A DNA stretch of 64,000 nucleotides, from NCBI GenBank assembly GCA_041309605.1, contig JBFYZH010000061.1, positions 7,122 to 71,121 of the forward strand. Direction: 5' to 3'. Positions 39,415 through 48,713 of this stretch are shown piece by piece. Under the pieces are notes generated by a model that ran no database searches, was not told the origin of the DNA, and was given only the letters and a program-made list of their open reading frames with translations. Both the position numbers and the translations under genes were made by a program. This DNA is from Candidatus Krumholzibacteriota bacterium (lineage in GTDB: Bacteria; Krumholzibacteriota; Krumholzibacteriia; Krumholzibacteriales; Krumholzibacteriaceae). Within the stretch, counting starts at the first letter, position 1; each line of letters begins with the position of its first letter.

Positions 39415-40005
39415 TTAACCGTACATGATAAGAAGGGTCATCACCGCCCCCGAGAACAGGGGCACCGTCAGGTTGTCGTCGACGGGCAATGGAAGAAATT
39501 CTATAAGTGCTCCGGCGAACGATCCGACGACGGCGACCCTCATCGAGGATGCGGCGAGATAAATCGCGGGCACACATACGAGAAATCCGGCAAGGCTCCC
39601 CTCGATCGACTTTTTCCTCAGCCTGATTCTGCCGTACCTTTTTCCCACGATCATGGCGACCGGATCTCCGATGGCGATGCAGATTATCGCGCCGAGCACC
39701 GCTTCTTTCGGATACAGCACCGCGCACAGCAGCAGGGAGAGCGCGTAATAGAGCGAGGTGGTCGGGCCCGTTTTCTCCCTATCTCCCGCGAGAAATCCGA
39801 GATGCCGCCAGAACAGCTCGTCACCTTTTTTGGTCGTAAACCTCACGACGTCGATCAGCGCGAGGAGAAACAGGGCGATCGACAGCAGCCAGAGATCGGC
39901 GTGCCAGGGAGCGCCGTGACCGAACAGGACGAAGACGAACACGACTGCGCCGGTGAGGGAATGCCAGAGCGAGCGGTAATAGTTTATCGGTGGTCTGCCA
40001 TCCAT
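39415..40005 (-). CDS. Phytol/dolichol kinase-like (SEC59/DGK1/VTE5, cytidylyltransferase-family) membrane protein
   Basis: RSLWHSLTG, AIGDPVAMIVGKRYG, KKSIEGSLAGF, LIEFLPLPVDDNLTVP. Confidence 0.88.
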   Translation of the reverse strand: MDGRPPINYYRSLWHSLTGAVVFVFVLFGHGAPWHADLWLLSIALFLLALIDVVRFTTKKGDELFWRHLGFLAGDREKTGPTTSLYYALSLLLCAVLYPKEAVLGAIICIAIGDPVAMIVGKRYGRIRLRKKSIEGSLAGFLVCVPAIYLAASSMRVAVVGSFAGALIEFLPLPVDDNLTVPLFSGAVMTLLIMYG

Positions 40006-40193
40006 GACGGCATTGTATATAATGCGATTGCGAAAGCCAAAGGATTGTTTTGCGCCCTGATCATCCCAGTCAAAAACTCAAAGGCTGGTTGACCACTACC
40101 TGTTTCCGGAGTAAACTGCCTGAGAAATGCCTTCGCTGAGTGAACGTATCTCTGGTATATTGGGCGGCAGCGATACAAGCGGGACTGGAAACA

Positions 40194-43100
40194 ATGAACG
40201 CACCCAGGGAAATACTCGATCTCATGGCACGATTCGACCTGCACCGCGAGTCGTACATGTCCGGCCAGTATAACGAGACACAGCTTCGCCGCGAATTCAT
40301 CGATCCGTTCTTCAAGTGCCTGGGTTGGGATGTCGATAATTCCGCCGGCCTAGCCGAAGCGTACAAGGATGTCATACACGAGGACGCCATCAAGATAGGC
40401 GGCTTTCTGAAGGCCCCCGACTACTGTTTCCGCATCGGCGGCACACGCAAGTTTTTCATCGAGGCAAAGAAACCGTCTAAAAATCTCAAAGACGACATCA
40501 GCCCCGCCTTTCAACTGCGCCGCTACGCCTGGTCGGCAAAGCTTCCTCTAAGCATTCTCACCGATTTCGAGGAGTTCGCAGCATACGATTGCCGTATCAA
40601 ACCGGTTAAGACGGACAAGGCGTCGACGGCACGAACCCTATACCTTACTTACGGTGAATATGCGGAACACTGGGATAAGATCGCGTCGATCTTTTCGAAG
40701 GACGCGGTGCTCAAAGGCTCATTCGACAAGTACGCCGAAACGTCCGCGCTCAAGAAAGGCACCGCCGAGGTCGACGGCGTGTTTCTGGGCGAGATAGAAT
40801 CCTGGCGCGACACCCTCGCGCGGAATATCGCCATTCGCAACCCGCAGCTCAGCCAGAGGGAGCTCAATTTTGCCGTACAACGAACGATCGACCGGATAAT
40901 ATTTCTTCGCATATGCGAGGACAGGGGAATCGAGAATTACGGCCAGCTTCAGGCCCTCCAGAACAGCCGCGACATCTATAAACGCCTCTGCGAGATCTAT
41001 CATCGCGCCGACGATCGATACAACTCCGGGCTTTTCCATTTCCGAGAGGAAAAGGACATCGCCGAATCGCCCGACGGATTGACGATGAATCTCGCCATGG
41101 ACGACGCCTCGCTCAAGGCGATCATCAGGAATCTCTACTATCCCGACAGCCCGTACGAATTTTCGGTGCTCCCCGCGAGCATACTCGGACAGGTCTACGA
41201 ACAGTTCCTCGGCAAGGTGATACGGCTCACTGCCGGCCACCGGGCGGTCGTCGAGGAGAAGCCAGAGGTGAAGAAAGCCGGGGGCGTCTACTACACACCT
41301 GACTTCATCGTGAACTACATCGTCTCCAGGACAGTCGGCAGGCTTGTTGAAGGGATGACGCCCGGGATGGTCGCCGGCGCCGCAAACGGCCGTCCGCCGA
41401 TGCGAGTACTCGATCCTGCCTGCGGTTCGGGTTCTTTTCTTATCGGCGCCTATCAGTATCTTCTCGACTGGCACCGTGACTGGTACGTCGCCGACGGGCC
41501 GGAGAAATGGACGAAGGGCAAATCCCCGCGGTTGTACCAGGGACCGTCAGGCGACTGGAGGCTCACGACAGCCGAGCGAAAACGCATCCTGCTCAACAAC
41601 ATTTACGGCGTCGATATCGACCCCCAGGCCGTCGAGGTGACCAAGCTTTCCCTGCTTCTCAAGGTGCTCGAAGGAGAGAACGAGCAGACGCTGAGCAGCC
41701 AGATGTCGCTTTTCCACGAACGCGCACTCCCAAGTCTCGCCGGTAATATAAAGTGCGGCAATTCGATCGTCGGGCCCGACTTCAACGATGGCGCGCAGAT
41801 GGATCTCATGGACGAAAATGAACTGTATCGCATCAACGCGTTCGATTGGGGGAGGGAATTTCAAGAGGTTTTCCGGAGCGGCGCGCCCGGGTTCGACGCG
41901 GTAATCGGAAACCCGCCCTACGTCAGGCAGGAACTCCTCGGAGAGTTCAAGCCCTATTTCCAGAAACATTATGAAACCTATCACGGGGTCGCCGATCTGT
42001 ACGTGTATTTCATCGAGAAGGGCGTATCGCTTCTTCGCGACGGCGGTCTCTTCGGGATCATCGTCGCCAACAAATGGATGAGGGCGAATTACGGAATGCC
42101 GCTTCGCCGGTGGTTCAGGAGGCAGCACATACTCGAGATAACCGATTTCGGAGACCTGCCCGTTTTCCAGAAGGCGACTACATATCCATGCATCCTGCGA
42201 ATCGAGAAGTCGGAGCCGGAGGCTTCTTTCGGGGCCGCGCATGTGGAAACACTCAAAAATCTCGATCTCGAGGATTTCGTCGGGAAACACGCATTCAGGA
42301 TAAGCTGCTCCGGCCTCGACGATAAGGGATGGTCGCTCGCCGGTGATGATGCGCAGGCTCTTCTGGACAAACTCAGGCAAAAGGGGCAGCCGCTTGGGGA
42401 ATACGTTAACGGTAAAATATTCCGGGGCGTTCTGACCGGCCTCAACGAAGCGTTCGTCATCGACACGGCGACAAGCGATCGTTTGATTTCCGAGGACCAT
42501 CGAAGCGCGGAACTGATCAAGCCGTTCCTTGCCGGAAGGGACATCAAGAGGTATGAACCGCCTGAATCCGACAAACACCTCATTCTCATCCCAAAAGGTT
42601 GGACGAACGAGCGCTTGAGCAATAAAACTGAAGCATGGAAATGGTTCAAAGGTTAATACCCCGCAATCGCAACTCACCTGGAGCCCTTCGCCGAAAAAGC
42701 GCAGAAGCGCTGCGACAAAGGCGATTATTGGTGGGAACTCAGGGCGTGCGATTACTATCTTGAATTTGAAAATCCCAAGATCGCGCTTCCAGATATTTCA
42801 AAACACGGAGACTTCACACTCGATTCTGTTGGATGCTACTGCGGCAACACCTGCTATATAATCCGCAGTTCCGACGAATACCTCCTGGCCTTGCTCAATT
42901 CAAACCTGATGACATTCTGTTACAATTGCATGTCCGCCAGCATCAGAGGCGGTTATTTGCGCTTCTTCATTCAATATTTAAATCAGTTGCCCATCCTCTC
43001 TAAAGTGGAAAACAATACGAAAGATGTTGGATTGTGCAATAAAATCGCTGAATTGAGTTCTCAAATGTTACATTTGCATCAACAATTGAAAGGTATCAAG

Positions 43101-43226
43101 GTCGCTGCCGACAAAACCGCCCTCCAGCGACAGATTGACGCCACGGATGAGCAGATCGATCGCCTGGTATTCGAACTGTACGAACTCACTCCGCAGGAAA
43201 TCGACCTGATCGAAAAGCATCGATAG
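40194..43226 (+). pseudogene. Type IIG (Eco57I/TaqI-C-like) restriction-modification enzyme interrupted by an in-frame TAA at 42654-42656
   Basis: Endonuclease motif APDY...FFIEAKKP; MTase motif I VLDPACGSGSFL and motif IV GNPPY; frame continues past the stop (WFKG*YPAIATHLEPF...WWELRACDYY..FENPKI...LLALLNS...IDRLVFELYELTPQEI) to TAG at 43226. Confidence 0.85.
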
Positions 43227-43340
43227 GTGTCCAATCCGACCTGCCGATTATCAGGATAAGAAAACAGAATTACCGCTGCAACAATTGAACAATATCAATT
43301 CTTTTTTGAATTCCAGGGATTTCCCAGCAATCTCGCAACA

Positions 43341-43415
43341 ACCTTTGCGACAAACTTGCGACAAAACTCGTGACAATCACGCTATGACACTACTGTGACA
43401 CGAGCTATGACAACA
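43341..43415. repeat. Six imperfect GACA-centred short repeats at 11-14 bp spacing
   Basis: tttgcGACAaa, cttgcGACAaa, ctcgtGACAat, gctatGACAct, actgtGACAcg, gctatGACAac; GACA starts at 43349, 43360, 43372, 43386, 43397, 43409. Confidence 0.6.
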
Positions 43416-43453
43416 ACAGATTATCGGGGAGCGCAAATTTGTATCGTTTTTAC

Positions 43454-44803
43454 TCACTTCTTTTCATACTTGGACCAAAAACTGCTTTTTCGACCATGTT
43501 TGAGCCTGATACGTTCCGAGTAAGCGTCATGATTCTCCATGCCGCGCCAGTCCGAAATCGATATTGCCAGTTTTTCGATTTTTTTCAGGTAACGAACTCC
43601 GTAAAAATACGTTTTTGTTTGAGCCCTCCGCAGAATGGAGTCCAGCAGGGCACGGTAGATCATCGTCGCGGCAAGAATCCGGCCATTTGATTCCATGGAT
43701 TCCGCCAGTGGTAGAAAGCTCCCATACATATCGCCGTCAAGTCGATCGACGCGGTCGATAAGGTATCTTTCTGCGTCGTCCATTCGTCCCGCATCGATCA
43801 GGAAAGCGGCATCTGTGACTGACAACGTCTTTTCGCCAAGAATCAACGATACTTCACCATCGATCACGGCTGACCGCCCGTCACCGCCTATGACTGCCAG
43901 AAGTTCTTCAAGTGAATCGACGCGGCGGCATCTTCTGAAAATTCTCCAGGCAACCTCGGATTGTTTTACCCTGTCGCCAAGCCTGCCGTAGATGTCGAGC
44001 AATAATTCATCCTGTTCGTTCTCGCGAAAGTGTGCTTCCCCCCGGAGTTTGTCGAGCCATGCCAAAGCGGTCGCGATATCGCCGCTTTCCAGGTAAACCC
44101 TGGCTATATCGATGCATGACGCCACCCCCGGATCTCCCCAGTTGGCTATCCTGGTCTTTTCGAACAGAGGGGCGTCCTTAACCTGCCGGGCGAGGGATTC
44201 GACGAGGAGCATCAGGTGCTTCTTTCTGTATTCGTCTATTTCCACTCCTATTATTTTCTGAAAGCGGGAAATCACGTCCCGGATGACAGGTTCGGGCAGA
44301 AAATCCGAGGCGTGACCGATTAGCACATCCCTCACACCGTAATCGTCCTTCAAGCTTAATTCAAACACCAGTTCCGCCAGCCATTCCTTGTCGTCGCATC
44401 GTGAGGCATACTCAATGAACAGATCCTTTGCGAACAGACGGTACACATCGCCGATCAGCCCGCTGGAATCGTCACAGCGGTTGAATACCGATTCGTCACT
44501 CTTAAAGAAGGATGCAACCAGTTCGGCCCCGGTTCCGGGATCGCTCACACCGGCCTTGAGATCATCGAGCAGGGTTTCCAATTGACGGGATAATTCCGCG
44601 GCCCCGTTCCAGCCGACGAAACGTCTCGAGCGTTTGAGGCCGGCCAGCTTGGCTTTGAACCGTTTATTATTCTCCGTAGGGGTTGCGGTCATGCGTTCCA
44701 CAAGATCGCCGGCTGATTCATCATGATCGGCCAGCTTCAGAAGGGCATCGGCCAGAGCATCCGGACCCAGTTTAACGAGTCGTTCTTTCCTGCATTCATC
44801 CAA
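43454..44803 (-). CDS. Hypothetical alpha-helical protein (DUF6880-like)
   Basis: 449-aa ORF; LVKLGPDALADALL, RCDDSSG.IGDV, C-terminal YRALLDSIL.RA..K.Y..G..YL...HGRKSSFW recalled as DUF6880-type; family assignment unverified. Confidence 0.7.
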   Translation of the reverse strand: MDECRKERLVKLGPDALADALLKLADHDESAGDLVERMTATPTENNKRFKAKLAGLKRSRRFVGWNGAAELSRQLETLLDDLKAGVSDPGTGAELVASFFKSDESVFNRCDDSSGLIGDVYRLFAKDLFIEYASRCDDKEWLAELVFELSLKDDYGVRDVLIGHASDFLPEPVIRDVISRFQKIIGVEIDEYRKKHLMLLVESLARQVKDAPLFEKTRIANWGDPGVASCIDIARVYLESGDIATALAWLDKLRGEAHFRENEQDELLLDIYGRLGDRVKQSEVAWRIFRRCRRVDSLEELLAVIGGDGRSAVIDGEVSLILGEKTLSVTDAAFLIDAGRMDDAERYLIDRVDRLDGDMYGSFLPLAESMESNGRILAATMIYRALLDSILRRAQTKTYFYGVRYLKKIEKLAISISDWRGMENHDAYSERIRLKHGRKSSFWSKYEKK

Positions 44804-44809
44804 TGTCCG

Positions 44810-44902
44810 TTACTCCGGCAGTTCCGTACCCTGGTTCATGATCTCCACGTAACCGGCGTAGTTGAACAGGTAGTTTCGTTTCTGCGCGGCAAGCTTCAGC
44901 AT
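44810..44902 (-). pseudogene. C-terminal fragment of a Fic-family protein
   Basis: MLKLAAQKRNYLFNYAGYVEIMNQGTELPE* resembles Fic-family C-termini (..G..RNR.F.Y..Y..IL..GTE); no upstream Fic domain is present. Confidence 0.45.
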
Positions 44903-44929
44903 CCCAGGAACCTGAAATAAGAATGTCCG

Positions 44930-44961
44930 TTATTTTAGGATATACTGTTATACTAAAATAA
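44930..44961. repeat. AT-rich inverted repeat at the island edge
   Basis: TTATTTTAGGATA-TACTGT-TATACTAAAATAA: near-perfect arms around a 6-bp spacer. Confidence 0.75.
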
Positions 44962-45033
44962 TCACAAGGACGATCGGTCAGCAATAACAGCCTTTCCGCA
45001 TCGCAACCACATACAACCCAATCAATTATACAC

Positions 45034-47103
45034 CTACTTCACATTCCTCAGCGGCGAACGTATAAGCAGGAACCCGATGATGCCTATGCACACGAGGCTC
45101 AGCAGGTACGAAGGGTTCTCGAACATCTGAAACAGCTCGATCTCGGCAAAAGCGAGCCCCGCGAAGAGAAGACCGAGAAGCGCCTCCCCCGCGATCAGGC
45201 CCGACGAGATCAGTACGCCGACGTTTCCCATCCTGTCCTTCGCGTCCTTTTCCATCTTTCGCTTTTCGGCGAACCGTTCCAGCAGCGCCTTCATCAGGCC
45301 GCCGACGAAGATAGCGAACGACGTTTCGATCGGCAGGTACATTCCGACGCTTATCAGCATCGGGCTCTTCACCTGCATCATGATGAATGCGCACCCCATC
45401 AGCATCCCCGCTATTATCAGGATAAATTCAGTCTTCTTTTGGACGATGCTGTTCGCGACCACTGCCATCAGGCTCGCCTGGGGCGCAGGAAGTTCCTCGC
45501 CTCCGAACCCGGCGTTGGTGCCGAGAATATCGTTCTGCCGCTCGGGAGCGGCCCGTCTGATTTGGTCGAGCGTATATGTCGTCCCGGCCAGAGCCGGATC
45601 CTGCCCCTTGTATTCGACCAGGGAGACTCCGCTCTTTTCGAGCCTCTCGATCTCGTTTCCTACAACCTTCTTTACGTCGGCAAGATGAAGAAGGGAAATA
45701 ACGAGAAACATGACGAGCGCCGCCGCGGCCACACCGAAGATATCGCCGACCTGCATCCGCCACGGCGTGCATCCGAGGATGTGGCCGGCTTTGAGGTCCT
45801 GCATCATTTCGCCGGCGACCGAGACGCTCGTGCAGGTGAATGCCGCGACTCCGAGAACCGCCGCCACGGCGGCGGCCCCCTTCATACCCAGCCCGACCAT
45901 CAAAAGGGCAACCACGATCAGCACCGACACGGTGAGCCCGCTCGTCGGGTTGTTGCTCACCCCGATGATGCCGACAAGATACCCGGAGACGGCTGCAAAA
46001 ACGAAACCGAGAAAGAGCATCACGACGGCCGCGACCGCCGCCGGACCGATGCTCTGCGTGAAATAGTTGAATATGAACAGCATGATCACCGCGATGACAC
46101 CGATCGCGAGAAGGGACCAGCGGATGTTGATGTCCTTGTCGGTTCGCGATATCGCTGCGTCGTCCACGGCGGACTTTTTCATATAGGAGAACGAGCGTGT
46201 GATCCCCGTGAAGAGACTGTTGCGCATCTTGTAGAGCGTGTAGAAGGCGCCGACGAGCATCCCTCCGATCGCTATGTATCGGACATAGTTTTTCCATACC
46301 GCGGTGAGCTCGTAGGTCCAGTCGGTCACGGCGCCCGGGTCGCCGCGGTGGATGAAGAAGGCGATCATCGGCGTCAGAAGGCCCCACGCCAGCACGCCGC
46401 CGCTGAAGTTGATCGCGCCCAGTTTCGGGCCGATGATATAGCCGACTCCGAAGTACGCGGGGCTCATCCCGGGAGCGCGCAGCATCATCACGCCTTTCGA
46501 GCCCCTGGCGAGCATCACGATCTTCTGCCATCCTTCGGCGACGAATTTGAACTCCACCAGAGCGCTGAAGAGGGCGCCCACGCCCATGCCCATGAAGAGG
46601 AAACGCGAGCTCTGCGCTCCGCTCTGCCCCGATTTGTGAATCTCCGAAGCGGCGATCGATTCGGGAAAGGGAAGCTCGGCGTCCTCGACAAGAACGCGGC
46701 GAAGGATCGTCACGAACATGATACCGAGTATGCCGGCGACGACCAGCATGATCGTCGAGAGAATGTAATGTTCGAGCGAAAAGAAGGGATTCCAGATTCC
46801 GGCGATGCAGAAGGCCGGCAGCGTGAAGATCGCGCCGGTCGCAACGTTCCCTCCTATCGAGCCCACCGTTCTCGCGGCGTTCTCCTCGAGCAGGGTCCCC
46901 TTCATCGCCTTGATGACGGCCATGCCGACAACGGCGGTCGTGTAGGTGGCGGCAATCGTCATTCCCGCCTTGAGGCCCAGGTACGCGTTGGCGGCGCCCA
47001 TAAATATAGCCATCAGAACGCCGAGGAGCACCGCCCGCGGGGTGAACTCCGCCATCTTCGTTTCAGCGGGAACGAACGGAACGAACTTTTTCTCCTGATT
47101 CAT
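45034..47103 (-). CDS. OPT-family oligopeptide transporter
   Basis: Likely start ATG 47103; EFTPRAVLLG...ANAYLGLKAGMT, LPFPESIA, MQDLKAGHILGCTPWRMQ, LPAPQA, GMYLP, SGLIAGE. Confidence 0.95.
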   Translation of the reverse strand: MNQEKKFVPFVPAETKMAEFTPRAVLLGVLMAIFMGAANAYLGLKAGMTIAATYTTAVVGMAVIKAMKGTLLEENAARTVGSIGGNVATGAIFTLPAFCIAGIWNPFFSLEHYILSTIMLVVAGILGIMFVTILRRVLVEDAELPFPESIAASEIHKSGQSGAQSSRFLFMGMGVGALFSALVEFKFVAEGWQKIVMLARGSKGVMMLRAPGMSPAYFGVGYIIGPKLGAINFSGGVLAWGLLTPMIAFFIHRGDPGAVTDWTYELTAVWKNYVRYIAIGGMLVGAFYTLYKMRNSLFTGITRSFSYMKKSAVDDAAISRTDKDINIRWSLLAIGVIAVIMLFIFNYFTQSIGPAAVAAVVMLFLGFVFAAVSGYLVGIIGVSNNPTSGLTVSVLIVVALLMVGLGMKGAAAVAAVLGVAAFTCTSVSVAGEMMQDLKAGHILGCTPWRMQVGDIFGVAAAALVMFLVISLLHLADVKKVVGNEIERLEKSGVSLVEYKGQDPALAGTTYTLDQIRRAAPERQNDILGTNAGFGGEELPAPQASLMAVVANSIVQKKTEFILIIAGMLMGCAFIMMQVKSPMLISVGMYLPIETSFAIFVGGLMKALLERFAEKRKMEKDAKDRMGNVGVLISSGLIAGEALLGLLFAGLAFAEIELFQMFENPSYLLSLVCIGIIGFLLIRSPLRNVK

Positions 47104-47305
47104 GACGACAAAACCTCGCACTCTAATGTGAATAGAAAGCGATCGAAGAACGCCGATTTCGGGAAATCGTATCCGAGCGATGCGCCGGTGTCAAGCTGTA
47201 TGCACCGGGCGGACAAAGGGCTGCTGCTGTGATTGAATGGGGGATCTTGTGATCTGTCGGCCGCATGGCAAGCGCGGCTCGCGGGTCAGCCCGCAATCCG
47301 CATCG

Positions 47306-48637
47306 TCAGGGACTTGCGCTGCGTTTCACATAGACATAGAAAGGGATGCCGAGAAGCATCAGGATGAACCCGTACATCACCACCTCCGCTCCGGTACCGT
47401 ATATCGCGTAAATGGAGTAGGCGAAGGCCAGAAGCGAAAAAAACGAATCCTTGATGAAGCGCCATACGCAGAAGTCGGGCGACCGCCTGACGAGCAGCTG
47501 CATCTCCGCGGCGGCGGTGAAGGCATAGACCGGCAGGAAGGCGAGCGTGGCCAGAAGCAACATGATCCTGAAGGCGGATGTAAGGTTCTGAGCATAGTTG
47601 AGGATGAGCAGCAGATTGGTCAGAACGGCGCTGACGATCAGGGCGACATGGGGGGTCGCCGTACGGGGATGGACCTTCGCCATGACGGCTGGAAACAGGC
47701 CGCTCTCCCCTGCCGAAAAGGCGCTGCGCGCCGTCGTCAGCACCCAGCCGGAAACGGCTCCGAGGGTCGAGACGATCGCTCCCAGCGCGATGAAGGGGCC
47801 GCCCCACGAAAGGCCGCTGACCTTCGTGATGATGTCGGCAAGAGGCGAAGGCGAGACGGCCAGGTCGGCCTGCTTCATGCCGCCCATCGCCATGAAACTG
47901 ACCGCCAGGTATATCACCGCGGTGAAAAGGATGCCGTAGATGGTGCTGCGCCGGATGTTCCGCGACGGATCGCGTATCTCGCCGGCCGGGACGGTCGCGC
48001 ATTCCAGCCCGACAAAAGCCCACAGTGTGATGGCGATGGCGGCGGGCAGGCCCGTGAAGCCCACAAGCTCCGGTTTCGAGACGGTCGCGAGATTGGCCGG
48101 CTCGAAGAAGAACGCGGCGATGACGACGAAGGCCAGAAGCGGAACGATCTTCAATGTCGTGGTGACGATTCCGAGGTTCCCCGCCTTCCGGACGCCGAGA
48201 ATGTTGATAACGGTGAAGACCCACAGAACGATCGAGGATAGGAGGAAGGCCAGGAGCCTGTTCTCGCCGAACACCGGGAAAAAGTAGGTGGAATAGCTCA
48301 CGAAACCTGTGATGATGGTCGCGTTGCCGACCCAGCTCCCTATCCAGTAGATCCACGCCACCTGGAAGGCGGGAAATTCGCCGAAGGCCTTGCGCGTGAA
48401 AACGATGGGGCCGCCTGTCGCCGGGTATGCCGCCCCCATGTTGGCAAAGCAGATCGCCAGAAGGAACGAGCCGGCGGCGGTGATGATCCACGCGGTCATC
48501 GCGGCGCCCGGGTTCGCGACGGCGGCCAGGGCCTGCGGCGCCATGAAGATCCCCGAGCCGATGGTGTTGCCGACCACTATGGCTGTCGCTGCGGCAAGCC
48601 CCAGATCGCGTTTCAACGATACGGTGTTCGTCTGCAT
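47306..48637 (-). CDS. APC-family amino acid permease
   Basis: VVGNTIGSGIF, YPATGGP, LWAFVGLE, P.RNI.RS, about 12 TM segments. Confidence 0.93.
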   Translation of the reverse strand: MQTNTVSLKRDLGLAAATAIVVGNTIGSGIFMAPQALAAVANPGAAMTAWIITAAGSFLLAICFANMGAAYPATGGPIVFTRKAFGEFPAFQVAWIYWIGSWVGNATIITGFVSYSTYFFPVFGENRLLAFLLSSIVLWVFTVINILGVRKAGNLGIVTTTLKIVPLLAFVVIAAFFFEPANLATVSKPELVGFTGLPAAIAITLWAFVGLECATVPAGEIRDPSRNIRRSTIYGILFTAVIYLAVSFMAMGGMKQADLAVSPSPLADIITKVSGLSWGGPFIALGAIVSTLGAVSGWVLTTARSAFSAGESGLFPAVMAKVHPRTATPHVALIVSAVLTNLLLILNYAQNLTSAFRIMLLLATLAFLPVYAFTAAAEMQLLVRRSPDFCVWRFIKDSFFSLLAFAYSIYAIYGTGAEVVMYGFILMLLGIPFYVYVKRSASP

Positions 48638-48713
48638 CCGACCCTCCGCGGTCCAAAATACCAGAAAGACCGGCTCGTGTCTCTGTTTAGTTTATTCCGG
48701 CTGATCGCTGCGG

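Noticed and set aside
42654-42656. In-frame stop as programmed recoding (Sec/Pyl)
   Set aside because: The codon is TAA, not TGA or TAG, and TAA ends other genes normally in this window.
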